A stretch of 64,000 nt of DNA from Dehalococcoidia bacterium. GTDB taxonomy: Bacteria > Chloroflexota > Dehalococcoidia > UBA6926. Below are positions 30,863 through 41,080 of the stretch, piece after piece. A program made the translations under genes and the position numbers. The first letter of the stretch is position 1. Each line of letters opens with the position of its first letter. The notes beneath the pieces were generated by a model. It saw only the letters and a list, made by a program, of their open reading frames with translations, made no database searches and was not told the origin of the DNA. Where the stretch lies: positions 206 to 64,205 of the forward strand of contig VXMO01000056.1 in NCBI GenBank assembly GCA_009841045.1, in the 5' to 3' direction.

Positions 30863-32200
30863 CTACCGTAAGAATCCCTCGTATTGCCGCATCAAGAGCT
30901 GCGATTGCAGCTGGCGCATGGTGTCCAGCACGACAGCAACGACGATGAGCAGGGCGGTGCTGGAAATGGATAATGTGCTCACGCCCGTCGCGAGCAGCAG
31001 GAAGAAGGGGACGATTGCGACGATTCCCAAAAATATTGCGCCGCCCCACGTGATTCGTGTCAGCACGCGAATCAGATAGTTGTGCGTCGGCGGCCCCGGT
31101 CTGATGCCGGGGATGAATCCGCCGTTGCGTTGTAAGGACTCTGCGAGGTTCTGTTGTTGGAACGTCACCATCGTGTAGAAGAATGTGAACGCGACAACCA
31201 GCCAGAAGAGCAGCAGCCAGTACATGAAACCTTCCGGCCCAAGGTTCCGGGCGAAGAAGTCCCCCACCCCCGAGACAACGTTGTTGTCCGCCTCCTGGAA
31301 ATAACTCGCGACCGTGGGCGGGAAGATCAGGATGGAGAACGCGAAGATGAGCGGAATCATTCCTGCCGAGTTCACACGTAGCGGGATGAATGTCGACCCG
31401 CTCTGTCTATAGACACGACCCTGCCGCGTCACGCTCCGTCCGTATTGAACGGGAATACGCCGCTGCGCCTCAGTGAAGACCACAATGAAATAGATGGTCG
31501 CCAATCCGGCAAATCCCACCAGCGCAAGGGCAATCGGATCGTTGGCGAATACACCTTGCCCGAACAGCGTTGGCAGTCCGGCAACGATGCCGCCGAAGAT
31601 GATGACGGAGATGCCGTTGCCGATGCCGCTCTCCGTAATCAACTCACCCAACCACACCAGGAGCATCGTCCCGCCCGCCATACTCACAATCATCGCGAGC
31701 GTCGGCAGGAACTCGCCGCCCGGGTACGGCCACAGAGCCCCCAGAACCCCCAGCCTGTTGAGCAGCACAAGCTGACCATAGGCGGACGCCGCGGCGATGG
31801 GCACTGTCATCCAGTGCGTGTACTGATTGATCCTCTGTCGTCCCGCCTCGCCCTCCCGCGCAAGCGCGGACAGGCGCGGGATCACCGGAATCATGATCTG
31901 CAGGATGATGCTTGCCGTGATGTAGGGGTACACGCCCATCGCGGCCACGGATAGGTTCCGCATCGCTCCGCCGCTGAAGATGTCCAGGAATCCCAGCAAC
32001 TGGTTGCTCTGGAAAAGTTGCCGTAGCGCGACGATGTCTACGCCCGGCACCGGAACGTGCGCGATGAACCGGAAGATCACCAGGATTGCGAGCGTGAAGA
32101 GGATACGGCGGCGAAGATCAGGCTGATACCAAGCATCAATCATCGCCTGGATCAAGGCCGGGCGTGGCTGTCGCCGCTCGGTCGTCGATGAGTAACTCAC
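30863..32200 (-). CDS. secY: Preprotein translocase subunit SecY
   Basis: 445-aa, 10-TM protein in the canonical position after rpl[16 protein letters not shown] motif. Confidence 0.96.
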   Translation of the reverse strand: MSYSSTTERRQPRPALIQAMIDAWYQPDLRRRILFTLAILVIFRFIAHVPVPGVDIVALRQLFQSNQLLGFLDIFSGGAMRNLSVAAMGVYPYITASIILQIMIPVIPRLSALAREGEAGRQRINQYTHWMTVPIAAASAYGQLVLLNRLGVLGALWPYPGGEFLPTLAMIVSMAGGTMLLVWLGELITESGIGNGISVIIFGGIVAGLPTLFGQGVFANDPIALALVGFAGLATIYFIVVFTEAQRRIPVQYGRSVTRQGRVYRQSGSTFIPLRVNSAGMIPLIFAFSILIFPPTVASYFQEADNNVVSGVGDFFARNLGPEGFMYWLLLFWLVVAFTFFYTMVTFQQQNLAESLQRNGGFIPGIRPGPPTHNYLIRVLTRITWGGAIFLGIVAIVPFFLLLATGVSTLSISSTALLIVVAVVLDTMRQLQSQLLMRQYEGFLR

Positions 32201-32218
32201 GACGCGATGCGCTCCCTC

Positions 32219-32689
32219 TTATCGGGGCCGGTGAATGACGGGCTTGGGAAGGGTGTCAATGCTGCCGCCCGCCGCCTCAATCTTCTCACGCGCGGTACGG
32301 GAAACGCGATGGGCGCGAACAGTGAGCGGCTGCTCGATTTCCCCGTCCGCCAGGATGACGATGGGCTTCTTGAGCGACCTGATGATTCCTTTTTCACGCA
32401 ACGATTCCGGACTGACCTCCGAACCGGAGGGCAGATCCACCAGGCTCGAGAGGTTTACCGGCTCATATTCCACGCGGAAGAGATTCTTGAAGCCTCGCTT
32501 GTGTGGCAGCCTCTTGACCAGCGATAGCTGACCGCCCTCAAAGCTCGCGCGCACTCCGCCGCCTGAACGAGACTTCTGCCCCTTCATACCCTTGCCGGCG
32601 TAGGTTCCGCGGCCCGACGAGTTGCCTCGGCCCACGCGTCGCCTGCGCTTGCGGGATCCGGCGGGCGAACGCAGATCATTCTCATGCAT
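32219..32689 (-). CDS. rplO: 50S ribosomal protein L15
   Basis: RRVGRGNSSGRGTYAGKGMKGQKSRSGG. Confidence 0.96.
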   Translation of the reverse strand: MHENDLRSPAGSRKRRRRVGRGNSSGRGTYAGKGMKGQKSRSGGGVRASFEGGQLSLVKRLPHKRGFKNLFRVEYEPVNLSSLVDLPSGSEVSPESLREKGIIRSLKKPIVILADGEIEQPLTVRAHRVSRTAREKIEAAGGSIDTLPKPVIHRPR

Positions 32690-32888
32690 CGGTGCTCGCG
32701 CCTCCCTCGTCCCTCAGTTCCGTCGTCACCAGATGGCGCACCTTGATTAACATTCCCCGAATCGAGCGCGAGTAGTCGTGCTCCCGCTCGTCGCCCATGC
32801 GGCGCAGGCCGAGTGCGCGCAGCGTCTTGACCTGATCTGACCGCTGGTTAATCGGGCTCTTGGTGAGTGTCACGCGCACCTTTGTCAT
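32682..32888 (-). CDS. rpmD: 50S ribosomal protein L30
   Basis: VRVTLTKSPINQRSDQVKTLRALGLRR. Confidence 0.93.
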   Translation of the reverse strand: MTKVRVTLTKSPINQRSDQVKTLRALGLRRMGDEREHDYSRSIRGMLIKVRHLVTTELRDEGGASTDA

Positions 32889-33784
32889 GACCCTGCGCCC
32901 TCGTTTTCATCGTCATTGCCGTCAGAGCTTTCCGTATCCCCGGATTCCTCCACCGTTGCGGACTCCTCGGTCTCTGCTGTTGCAGGCTCCTCAGATTCGG
33001 CGGCGGGGGTTTCTTCAGCTTCGGCAGCAGGCGTGTCCGCCTCCTCGGCAGACTCTTGCTCAGCATCAGTGGCATCCACCTCGGCAGTGGCCTCCGTTTC
33101 TGCCTCTTGCGACTCCGTCGCCGTAGCCTGCTCCTCTTCCTCCGCGTTCTCCGCGAGAATCTGGTCGCTGCTAACCGGCTGCGGCGCGACGGGCGTGGGT
33201 CCGGAGTAGTCGGCGGCTGCCTCCGGTTCCTTCTCGGGGAGCGGCTCCTCGCCCCGCACCATGCGGCGCAATGAGATTGTCTGACGAGGATCCCGCATCA
33301 TCTGCAGGCCCTTGATGGTGGCCTGCACCACGTTGATCGGGTTGTTGCTGCCCTGAGATTTGGTTAAGATATCGCGAACACCGGCGGCCTGTACCACGGC
33401 GCGCACAGCGGCGCTGGCGCGGACTCCCGTTCCGGGGGCTGCCGGACGGAGAAGCACCTGCGCGCCCCCGAATCGACTGACGACCTGCTGCGGCACGCTG
33501 CTTTCCAGTGTCGAAACCTCAATCAACGACCGGCGGGCGATCGCGCCGCCCTTTTGCACCGCGAGCGGCACCTCAGCCGCCTTGCCAAGCCCGAAGCCAA
33601 TCTTTCCCTTGCCGTCGCCAACAACGACGAGCGCGTTGAACGTGAAACGGCGTCCGCCCGCAACGGTCTTTGCCACACGCCGGATCGTCACGACGCTTTC
33701 GGTCAGGCCGTCTGATTCCCGATCCGCGTCGCGTTGTCGTTCCCGTGTGCGCCCTCGCGCGCCGCGTGTGCGTCCTAGTGTCAT
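32885..33784 (-). CDS. rpsE: 30S ribosomal protein S5 with a ~125-aa acidic C-terminal extension
   Basis: Core VVTIRRVAKTVAGGRRFTFNALVVVGDGKGKIGFGLGKA...GSNNPINVVQAT. 299 aa, versus about 165-175 aa for typical S5. Confidence 0.95.
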   Translation of the reverse strand: MTLGRTRGARGRTRERQRDADRESDGLTESVVTIRRVAKTVAGGRRFTFNALVVVGDGKGKIGFGLGKAAEVPLAVQKGGAIARRSLIEVSTLESSVPQQVVSRFGGAQVLLRPAAPGTGVRASAAVRAVVQAAGVRDILTKSQGSNNPINVVQATIKGLQMMRDPRQTISLRRMVRGEEPLPEKEPEAAADYSGPTPVAPQPVSSDQILAENAEEEEQATATESQEAETEATAEVDATDAEQESAEEADTPAAEAEETPAAESEEPATAETEESATVEESGDTESSDGNDDENEGAGS

Positions 33785-33808
33785 CGTTTCTCCGTCCGCT
33801 CCTCGCCC

Positions 33809-34177
33809 CTAGAAGACAAGGCCGTTTTCTCGCGCCGCTTCGGCAACAGCTTTGATTCGACCATGATATTGGTACCCGCCCCGGTCAAAAACAACGGTCT
33901 TGATGCCGCCCGCGATTGCTCGCTGCGCGACTGCCGCGCCAACCATCTTGGAGCGGTCCGATTTATTCTGTCCGCCTGCCTCGTCTCGAATGTCCTTGTC
34001 ACGTGTTGAAGCGGCGGCGAGAGTCACGCCACGCGAGTCATCAACCACCTGTGCGTAAATGTGGTTCAGGCTGCGAAAGACACACAGCCGAGGCCGCTCT
34101 TCCGTGCCGGAAACCCGCTGCCGCAGCCGCAGATGACGCCGACTCCGGCCCTCTCTCGTTGTCTTGATGCGTGGCAT
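33809..34177 (-). CDS. rplR: 50S ribosomal protein L18
   Basis: [20 protein letters not shown]...[25 protein letters not shown]. Confidence 0.96.
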   Translation of the reverse strand: MPRIKTTREGRSRRHLRLRQRVSGTEERPRLCVFRSLNHIYAQVVDDSRGVTLAAASTRDKDIRDEAGGQNKSDRSKMVGAAVAQRAIAGGIKTVVFDRGGYQYHGRIKAVAEAARENGLVF

Positions 34178-34194
34178 GTCTGCTTATTCTCCGC

Positions 34195-34752
34195 CTATCT
34201 GCGTCCGGCGCCCTTGCCAGCCTTGCGTCGCACCTGCTCGCCTTGGTAGCGGATGCCCTTGCCGGTGTAAACGCCTGGCCTGCGAACCTTGCGGATGTTG
34301 GCCGCAACCTGCCCGACAAGCTCCTTGTCGATACCGTCCACGTGCAAGCGTGTGTTGCTCTCCGCCTCCAGGGTGATGCCGTCAGGTGGCTGTATCTCCA
34401 CCGTGTGCGAGTATCCGACGCTCAGGGTGATGCCGCGCCCCGTCTGCTGCGCGCGATAGCCCGCGCCTTGGATCTCAAGAGTGCGTCGATAGCCTTCGGA
34501 TACGCCAATCACCATGTTTGACAACAGCGCGCGGGACAGCCCGTGGAACGCCGCGGATGTGCGGTCGTTCTCGTCCTTGCGATGGACAGTAATCACACCG
34601 TCCTCTTGCTCAAAGCGAACCGTGCGATGAAATTGGCGCGTCAATTCCCCACGTGGTCCCTTGACGGCAATAGCCGTCCCCTGGGGGCCGTCGGTCATCG
34701 TGACCTGTACGCCCCCCGGCACCGGTATTGGCATTCGTCCTACTCTCGACAT
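34195..34752 (-). CDS. rplF: 50S ribosomal protein L6
   Basis: MSRVGRMPIPVPGGV...PGVYTGKGIRY. Confidence 0.96.
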   Translation of the reverse strand: MSRVGRMPIPVPGGVQVTMTDGPQGTAIAVKGPRGELTRQFHRTVRFEQEDGVITVHRKDENDRTSAAFHGLSRALLSNMVIGVSEGYRRTLEIQGAGYRAQQTGRGITLSVGYSHTVEIQPPDGITLEAESNTRLHVDGIDKELVGQVAANIRKVRRPGVYTGKGIRYQGEQVRRKAGKGAGRR

Positions 34753-34770
34753 CTGTTCAACTCATCCCAC

Positions 34771-35172
34771 CTACCACACGTAGGCGAGCAACTCCCCCCC
34801 GATTCCCTTGCGCCACGCCTCACGACCCGTCATCACACCGCTCGACGTTGAGACGACTGCAATGCCGAGGCCGCCGAAGATGCGTGGAATCTCACCGCGC
34901 TGCACATACACGCGCAGTCCGGGTTTGCTGACGCGCCGCAGCCCGTTGATGACAGGGCTGTTACCCTCGCGATACGCCATCTGCATCCGCACAATCTGCT
35001 GTGGCGTCGACCCCTTTAAGACTGAAAAGTCTCGAATGAACCCTTCTTGTTTGAGGATTTCCGCAATGGCGACCTTGGTCTTGGACGCCGGCACGGTGAT
35101 GCTCTCATGGCGCGCCATCAAGCCGTTGCGGATACGCGTGAGCATATCGCCGATGGGATCGCTGACAGTCAT
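34771..35172 (-). CDS. rpsH: 30S ribosomal protein S8
   Basis: [20 protein letters not shown] at 35172 with the SD GAGGGGGAG. The 209-aa track ORF is an over-extension through rpsN. Confidence 0.95.
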   Translation of the reverse strand: MTVSDPIGDMLTRIRNGLMARHESITVPASKTKVAIAEILKQEGFIRDFSVLKGSTPQQIVRMQMAYREGNSPVINGLRRVSKPGLRVYVQRGEIPRIFGGLGIAVVSTSSGVMTGREAWRKGIGGELLAYVW

Positions 35173-35189
35173 GTACTTACGCTCCCCCT

Positions 35190-35375
35190 CTACCAACTTG
35201 CCTTGCGCACGCCCGGAAGCTGCCCGGTGAGCGCCCTCTCCCGCAGGCAAATGCGGCAGAGGCCGAACATGCGGTAGTACGCGCGAGGCCTGCCGCACAC
35301 GTAGCAGCGATTGTACGCCTGCACCTTGTATTTGGGCGGGCGCTTCCAGCGGGCAATCTTCGACTTCTTTGCCAT
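35190..35375 (-). CDS. rpsN: 30S ribosomal protein S14, short zinc-binding type (type Z)
   Basis: 61 aa with [20 protein letters not shown]. Confidence 0.95.
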   Translation of the reverse strand: MAKKSKIARWKRPPKYKVQAYNRCYVCGRPRAYYRMFGLCRICLRERALTGQLPGVRKASW

Positions 35376-36148
35376 TAGTTGGTGATCTCCTCACGCGCAA
35401 ACGGCATCCCCAGCAGAGCCAGCAACCTGAGCCCCTCGTCGTCCGTTTGCGCTGTCGTCACGATGTTCACCTGCAACCCGCGGATTCGGTCCACGCGGTT
35501 GTAGTCGATCTCAGGAAAGATAATCTGCTCTCGCAGCCCGACGCTGTAGTTGCCGCGCCGATCGAACGCCTTGGTCGAAACGCCCCGGAAATCTCGTGTG
35601 CGTGGCAATGCCACGTTCATCAACCTGTCGAGGAAGTTCCACATGCGCGCCCCACGCAGCGTCACGGACGCGCCGATGGTATTTCCCTCGCGGATGTGGA
35701 ATCCGGCGATGGAGTTCCGGGCGCGTGTGACCACCGGCTTCTGACCGGAAATCGTCGTCAGATCGCGTTGGATGCCCTCCAGCACTCGCGCCTCATCACG
35801 CGCGTCTCCCGCGCCAATGTTCAGCACGATCTTTGTGATTCTCGGCACGCGCATCGTGTTCGTGATGCTGAACTCCTGCATCAGGGCAGGGGCCACCTCA
35901 TCCATGTACATCTGGCGCAGGCGTGGAATCTCTGTCGGTCGCGCGCCATTGGTCGGCGCAGCCTCCTGCTGTCCCTCATCCGATGATTCGGCCTGTCGCC
36001 GCCCGGATGAGCGACGTTGGCGGGCAGGGGCCTCCGCCTCCTCGCCCTCTTGCGCGTCGTCCGTCGACGCCCCCGCAGGGACGGGGAACGGCAGAACGCG
36101 CTCGATATCGTCGTTGTCTAGTCGATTGTCTCGTTGCATGTCTTGCAC
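35375..36148 (-). CDS. rplE: 50S ribosomal protein L5 with an apparent ~75-aa N-terminal extension
   Basis: L5 core begins at [19 protein letters not shown]. No ATG, GTG or TTG lies just upstream of the core. In-frame starts are GTG 36148 and ATG 36139, both overlapping the rplX end. Confidence 0.85.
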   Translation of the reverse strand: MQDMQRDNRLDNDDIERVLPFPVPAGASTDDAQEGEEAEAPARQRRSSGRRQAESSDEGQQEAAPTNGARPTEIPRLRQMYMDEVAPALMQEFSITNTMRVPRITKIVLNIGAGDARDEARVLEGIQRDLTTISGQKPVVTRARNSIAGFHIREGNTIGASVTLRGARMWNFLDRLMNVALPRTRDFRGVSTKAFDRRGNYSVGLREQIIFPEIDYNRVDRIRGLQVNIVTTAQTDDEGLRLLALLGMPFAREEITN

Positions 36149-36435
36149 CGTCGGACCTTGCGTCCGTCTTCAAGTGTGCCGAAACTCACCCGCACCGCCT
36201 TATCGCAGTGGGGGCATATCAACCGCACGTTGGAGATATGCAGCGGGTTGGGCATCTCAATAATGCCGCCCTGCCTCACGCCCGGCTGCGGGCGCTGATG
36301 CTTCTTGATGATGTTCACGCCCTGCACGACCACGCGGCTCTTGGACGGGATCACCCGCTCAACCGTGCCGCGCTTGCCCCGATCCTTCCCGGCGGCCACG
36401 TACACCGTGTCGTTGCGCCTAATCTTCGCCGCCAT
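36118..36435 (-). CDS. rplX: 50S ribosomal protein L24 (Cys4 zinc-ribbon form)
   Basis: KIRRNDTVYVAAGKDRGKRGTV (KOW) and C-terminal CPHC-x19-CKTC. Confidence 0.95.
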   Translation of the reverse strand: MAAKIRRNDTVYVAAGKDRGKRGTVERVIPSKSRVVVQGVNIIKKHQRPQPGVRQGGIIEMPNPLHISNVRLICPHCDKAVRVSFGTLEDGRKVRRCKTCNETID

Positions 36436-36437
36436 CG

Positions 36438-36806
36438 TTACAGGACCTCCGGGGCGAGAGAAATGATTCGCATGAAATTCTTGTCACGCAGTTCTCGCGC
36501 GACAGGCCCGAAAATACGCGTGCCGCGGGGCAGATCACGCTCAGTCAGAATAACCGCCGCGTTCTCATCGAACCGAATATACGAGCCGTCAGGTCGCCGA
36601 TAGGGCTTCGCCACGCGCACCACCACCGCCCTCACGACATCTCCCTTGCGGACGCCCGCATTTGGCTGTGCCTCCTTGACGGACGCGACAATGATGTCAC
36701 CCACGGATGCGTAATGCCGCCTCGTGCCGCCCGGCACGTTGATGCACTGGATCTCGCGAGCGCCGGAATTGTCCGCGACGCGTAGGCGTGACTGAACCTG
36801 TATCAT
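36438..36806 (-). CDS. rplN: 50S ribosomal protein L14
   Basis: [22 protein letters not shown]. Confidence 0.97.
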   Translation of the reverse strand: MIQVQSRLRVADNSGAREIQCINVPGGTRRHYASVGDIIVASVKEAQPNAGVRKGDVVRAVVVRVAKPYRRPDGSYIRFDENAAVILTERDLPRGTRIFGPVARELRDKNFMRIISLAPEVL

Positions 36807-37090
36807 TCCGAACTTGCCCCTGCTTCATCAGGGAGTGCCGTGACAACACCCCGCTCCAGCACATCGGTGACGCGCCAGCGCTTGTCTTTGGACAGTGGTC
36901 GTGTCTCCTGGATGCGCACCAAATCGCCCTCGGCACAGACGTTGTTCTCGTCGTGCGCCTTGAATCGTGTCAGGCGGCGGACGGCCTTCTTGTACAGGCG
37001 GTGGGTGCGCTGACGCTCAACGGTCACCACGACCGTCTTCTCCATCTTCGTGCTAACCACCCGTCCCACACGTGTCTTCTGACCGGGCAT
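36803..37090 (-). CDS. rpsQ: 30S ribosomal protein S17
   Basis: [19 protein letters not shown]...[16 protein letters not shown]. Confidence 0.96.
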   Translation of the reverse strand: MPGQKTRVGRVVSTKMEKTVVVTVERQRTHRLYKKAVRRLTRFKAHDENNVCAEGDLVRIQETRPLSKDKRWRVTDVLERGVVTALPDEAGASSE

Positions 37091-37306
37091 CTATGCCGTC
37101 CCCTCCACCGCGAATGCTTCCAATTGCCGCTCACGGATCACTGTCTTGAAACGAGCGACGTTCTTGCGCGCCTTGCCAACTTCGCTGGTGTTGGCAAGCT
37201 GTCGGGTCACTGCGCGAAAGCGCAGGTTGAACAACTCGCGATGCGCATTCTCCAACTCCTCCTGGAGCTGGTCGTCATTCAGCGCCCGTATCTCTTCCAT
37301 GTCCAT
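37091..37306 (-). CDS. rpmC: 50S ribosomal protein L29
   Basis: EIRALNDDQLQEELENAHRELFNLRFR. Confidence 0.95.
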   Translation of the reverse strand: MDMEEIRALNDDQLQEELENAHRELFNLRFRAVTRQLANTSEVGKARKNVARFKTVIRERQLEAFAVEGTA

Positions 37307-37312
37307 CCTGAG

Positions 37313-37726
37313 CTACTCCATGTCACGGGTGACGATCTGCGTGCGGATGGGCAGCTTGTCCTGCGCCAGGCGCATTGCTCGCCGCGCCGCGTCTTCCGGC
37401 ACCCCCGCGATCTCAAACAGAATCTTGCCGGGGCGCACGACGGCTACCCAGCCGTCCACGTTGCCCTTGCCGGACCCCATCCGCGTTTCCAGCGGCTTCT
37501 TTGTAATCGACTTATGTGGGAACACGCGAATCCAAATCTGTCCACCGCGCCGGACGTGACGAGTCATCGCTCGCCGCGCCGCCTCAATCTGACGGCCCGT
37601 GAGCCAGACCGGTTCCATCGACTGAATACCGAACTCACCGAACGCAACCGTATTGCCCTTCTGCGCCATCCCGCGCATACGGCCCCGGTGTTGTTTGCGA
37701 TATTTGACTCGTCGTGGTTGCAGCAT
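37313..37726 (-). CDS. rplP: 50S ribosomal protein L16
   Basis: [19 protein letters not shown]. Confidence 0.97.
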   Translation of the reverse strand: MLQPRRVKYRKQHRGRMRGMAQKGNTVAFGEFGIQSMEPVWLTGRQIEAARRAMTRHVRRGGQIWIRVFPHKSITKKPLETRMGSGKGNVDGWVAVVRPGKILFEIAGVPEDAARRAMRLAQDKLPIRTQIVTRDME

Positions 37727-37741
37727 GTTGGCTGTTCCGAA

Positions 37742-38608
37742 CTACTCGTCGTCCTCGTCAGTGGCAGGTTCCTCGGCCTCCGCAGGGGCGGAGTCTTCAG
37801 TGGTCGCCTCGGCTTCGGCGGGAGCGCTGTCTTCACCGGCCGGCGTTTCGGTTTCGCTGGCGGGAGTCTCGCTCTCAGGAGTTGGCGCTTCGGCAACCGC
37901 CACCGCGCCGTCCTCTGAGGACGCCACCGGGGTGGACATCAATGCGCTGCGCCGCGCCAATTCCTCCGGCGTCGCCTCTGTCACAATATCGCCGCGATAG
38001 ACCCAAACCTTGACGCCGATCTGCCCCATCTGTGTCCGCGCTTCCGCGGTGCCGAAGTCGATATCGGCGCGCAGCGTATGGAGCGGCACGCGGCCGTCCA
38101 TCGCCTTTTCCGTGCGGGCAATCTCCGCGCCGCCCAGGCGCCCTGAGACCGCGACACGGATTCCCTGCGCCCCGGCCTGCATGGACCGCTGAACGGCCTG
38201 CCGCGTGGCGCGCCGGAACGATACCTGTCTCTGTATCTGGTCCGCGATGCTCTGCGCGACGAGCGTTGCCTCAAGTTCCGGTTGTCGGATCTCGTTGATG
38301 TCCACACGGACTCGCTTGCCCGTCAGGTTTTCAAGTTCCTGCCGTAGTTCTTCAACGCGCTGGCCGCCACGCCCAATGACCACGCCCGGACGTGCCGTAT
38401 GGATGAGTGCTCGTACCTCGCTTGCCTTGCGCTCAAGCTCCACGCGAGCAACGGCGGCATCACGATGCTTGTCGATGATGTGATCCCGAATCTGCAGATC
38501 CTCCTGCAGATTCGTTCGGTATTGCTCCGCGCGATCCGCGAACCAGTGCGTCTGCCAATCGCGGATGTACCCGAGGCGGAACCCAAACGGGTGAACCTTA
38601 TGACCCAT
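37742..38608 (-). CDS. rpsC: 30S ribosomal protein S3 with a ~65-aa acidic C-terminal extension
   Basis: MGHKVHPFGFRLGYIRDWQTHWFA...GVKVWVYRG, followed by a tail rich in E/A/P/T/S/D. Confidence 0.95.
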   Translation of the reverse strand: MGHKVHPFGFRLGYIRDWQTHWFADRAEQYRTNLQEDLQIRDHIIDKHRDAAVARVELERKASEVRALIHTARPGVVIGRGGQRVEELRQELENLTGKRVRVDINEIRQPELEATLVAQSIADQIQRQVSFRRATRQAVQRSMQAGAQGIRVAVSGRLGGAEIARTEKAMDGRVPLHTLRADIDFGTAEARTQMGQIGVKVWVYRGDIVTEATPEELARRSALMSTPVASSEDGAVAVAEAPTPESETPASETETPAGEDSAPAEAEATTEDSAPAEAEEPATDEDDE

Positions 38609-38949
38609 TAGCCGTTCTCCTCGTCATCCACGATGACTGTCAGATTGCTGTGCCTGCGGAAATGCTTGCCGGCCTGCCCACGGGCCCGCGGCTTATAGCG
38701 CCGCAACGTCTCCGCCGGCCCAATGTCCATGCGCACGATGCGCAGCATGCTCGGGTCCAGATCGTAGTTGTTCTCAGCGTTCGCCGCGGCGGAACGCACC
38801 ACTTTTGCAACCTCTTTGGCCCAGGGACTCGCCATGAACTGGAGCTGTGTGAGTGCGTCGTCCACATACATGCCGGGCAGCGTCTGTGTGATGACGTGCA
38901 GCTTGCGCACGGAGAGCGACATTCGGCGTGCTCGCGCTGTTACTTGCAT
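38608..38949 (-). CDS. rplV: 50S ribosomal protein L22
   Basis: ARARRMSLSVRKLHVI...PRARGQAGKHFRRHSNLTVIV. Confidence 0.96.
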   Translation of the reverse strand: MQVTARARRMSLSVRKLHVITQTLPGMYVDDALTQLQFMASPWAKEVAKVVRSAAANAENNYDLDPSMLRIVRMDIGPAETLRRYKPRARGQAGKHFRRHSNLTVIVDDEENG

Positions 38950-38963
38950 CGCGCTATTCCGTC

Positions 38964-39242
38964 CTACCGCCTCGCCTGCCGTTCATTGCGAACGTGGCCG
39001 CGGAACGTGCGTGTCGGCGCGAATTCGCCGAGCTTGTGGCCCACCATATTCTCCGTGATGAACAGGGGAATATGCCGCCGACCGTCATGCACCGCCATGT
39101 TGAGCCCCACCATCTCCGGCACGATGGTTGACGCGCGCGACCACGTGCGAATCACCGCCCGCGAGTTCGTTTGCTGCGCGACGGTTACCTTGCGCAAGAG
39201 CTTGGACTCTATGTACGGCCCCTTCTTGACTGATCGCGACAT
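38964..39242 (-). CDS. rpsS: 30S ribosomal protein S19
   Basis: [16 protein letters not shown]...[16 protein letters not shown]. Confidence 0.97.
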   Translation of the reverse strand: MSRSVKKGPYIESKLLRKVTVAQQTNSRAVIRTWSRASTIVPEMVGLNMAVHDGRRHIPLFITENMVGHKLGEFAPTRTFRGHVRNERQARR

Positions 39243-39285
39243 TGTTCCTCAGTGTTCCTGTTCTCGTCCGTTTCCGTTCAGATTT

Positions 39286-40131
39286 CTAGCGGCGTGAACC
39301 TCTGCGCCCGCCGCGCCGACGGACGATAAATACATCCGTCTTCTTGTTCCTGCGTGTCCGCTTGCCAAGTGTCGGCTTGCCCCACGGTGATTTCGGCCCC
39401 GGCATCCCGATGGGTGAGCGGCCCTCACCGCCCCCATGTGGATGGTCGCGCGGCGACATTGCTGAGCCACGAACCGTCGGACGCCAGCCCTTGAGACGCT
39501 TCCTGCCCGCCTTGCCCCATGACAGGTTCTTGTGGTCGGGATTTCCGACCTGCCCGATGGTCGCGTAGCAGGCGGAGAGCACGCGCCGCAGCTCGCCCGA
39601 GGGCAGTCGAAGCAGTGTGTACTTGTCCTCATGCGCCATGACCTGCGCGCCGGTGCCCGCTCCACGGACGAGCTGTCCACCCTTGCCGAGATGAATCTCA
39701 ATGTTATGCACCGTCGTGCCGGTTGGAATCACTCCCAGCGGTAGAGCGTTGCCGACGCGAATCTCGGCCTCCGGGCCGGAAACAAGAACGTCGCCACGCT
39801 GCAGGCCAAGAGGGGCGATGATATATCGCTTTTCGCCGTCGTGATAGTGCAGTAGCGCAATCCGCGACGAGCGGTTGGGATCGTATTCAATCGTCTTGAC
39901 CGACGCCGGGACGCCGTACTTGTTGCGCTTGAAATCAATTACGCGATAAGAGCGCTTCACACCCCCGCCACGATGGCGAACGGTAATGCGGCCGGAATGG
40001 TTGCGTCCTGCGTTGCTCTTCAGCGGCTCCAGCAGTGACTTCTCCGGACGTACCTTGTCGATGTCGTCGAAGGCATCCAGCACCATGCCGCGGCGGCCGG
40101 GTGATGTGGGTTTGACTGTTTTGACTGCCAT
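39286..40131 (-). CDS. rplB: 50S ribosomal protein L2
   Basis: [15 protein letters not shown]...[15 protein letters not shown] at 40131. Confidence 0.96.
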   Translation of the reverse strand: MAVKTVKPTSPGRRGMVLDAFDDIDKVRPEKSLLEPLKSNAGRNHSGRITVRHRGGGVKRSYRVIDFKRNKYGVPASVKTIEYDPNRSSRIALLHYHDGEKRYIIAPLGLQRGDVLVSGPEAEIRVGNALPLGVIPTGTTVHNIEIHLGKGGQLVRGAGTGAQVMAHEDKYTLLRLPSGELRRVLSACYATIGQVGNPDHKNLSWGKAGRKRLKGWRPTVRGSAMSPRDHPHGGGEGRSPIGMPGPKSPWGKPTLGKRTRRNKKTDVFIVRRRGGRRGSRR

Positions 40132-40141
40132 CACTCTGCCT

Positions 40142-40432
40142 CTACACGCCCTCAAAGACCTCGATGCGCTCGCCAGCCTGGAGGGTCACGACGGCCTTCT
40201 TCCATGGCTTCGTCTGGTATGTCTTCAGTCCCGCGCGCCTGGTCTTGCCCTTGACATTCATTACGTTCACGCTGGACACGCGCACACGGAACGCAATCTC
40301 AACCGCCTCGCGTATCTGCTTCTTGTTGGCCTTGCGATGGACCTCAAAGGCGTACTTGCTCTGATCCTGGAGCGCCGTGTATTTCTCCGTGATGACGGGG
40401 CGGCGCAGAACTTCAAGCGGATGCAGGTCCAT
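40142..40432 (-). CDS. rplW: 50S ribosomal protein L23
   Basis: [14 protein letters not shown]...KKAVVTL. ATG at 40432, directly after the rplD stop. Confidence 0.94.
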   Translation of the reverse strand: MDLHPLEVLRRPVITEKYTALQDQSKYAFEVHRKANKKQIREAVEIAFRVRVSSVNVMNVKGKTRRAGLKTYQTKPWKKAVVTLQAGERIEVFEGV

Positions 40433-40434
40433 GG

Positions 40435-41079
40435 TTAGCGCTCTGCCTTTCTGCCGCTCTTTGCCCACAACTCTTCCGCGCTACGGACGGCGTCCAGCGT
40501 GATTACCAGCTTGCGATGCGCCAGCAAATCACCGACGTTCATATAGCGTGCAGGCAGCGTCTTGACCCTCTGCACGTTTTGTGCCGAGCGAATAAGGTTC
40601 TCCTCCGGCTCCGCCGTTACCAACAGGGCAGGGGCGTTAACGTCAAGGCTCTGCAGCGCTGCCAGTACGTCCTTCGTGCGTGGCTTCTCCAAGCCAAAGC
40701 TGTCAATGATGATCAGGTCTCCGTCCGCCAGCTTGCTCGTCAGAACACTCCGCAGCGCCTGCCGCCTCATGCGAACCGGGATATCCTGCCGGTAACTGCG
40801 TGGCTTGGGTCCGAACGCCACACCGCCGTGACGCCACAGCGGGGAGCGGATACTTCCCTGTCGGGATCGGCCCGTGTACTTCTGACGCCACGGCTTGCGT
40901 CCGCCGCCCCGTGCTTCACTCCGCGTCTTGGTGGAATGCGTTCCCTGGCGAGCGTTCGCGCGCTGCCGGACGAGCGCCTGATGAACGAGGGCCTCGTAGA
41001 TCGGCGCATTGAAGAGCAGGTCGCTCACCTCGACGTGGTCAACGACCTGCCCGCTTGTATTCCGGACATCGACTTCCAT
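40435..41079 (-). CDS. rplD: 50S ribosomal protein L4
   Basis: MEVDVRNTSGQ...GGGRKPWRQKYTGRSRQGSIRSPLWRHGGVAFGP. ATG at 41079, adjacent to the rplC stop. The longer track ORF is an over-extension. Confidence 0.95.
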   Translation of the reverse strand: MEVDVRNTSGQVVDHVEVSDLLFNAPIYEALVHQALVRQRANARQGTHSTKTRSEARGGGRKPWRQKYTGRSRQGSIRSPLWRHGGVAFGPKPRSYRQDIPVRMRRQALRSVLTSKLADGDLIIIDSFGLEKPRTKDVLAALQSLDVNAPALLVTAEPEENLIRSAQNVQRVKTLPARYMNVGDLLAHRKLVITLDAVRSAEELWAKSGRKAER

Positions 41080-41080
41080 A

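Noticed and set aside
36788-37918. 376-aa plus-strand ORF covering 1.1 kb
   Set aside because: It lies entirely antisense to rpsQ, rpmC, rplP and rpsC, whose products are unmistakable. The composition is Arg/Leu/His-rich junk with no motif. It is a typical high-GC antisense open frame.
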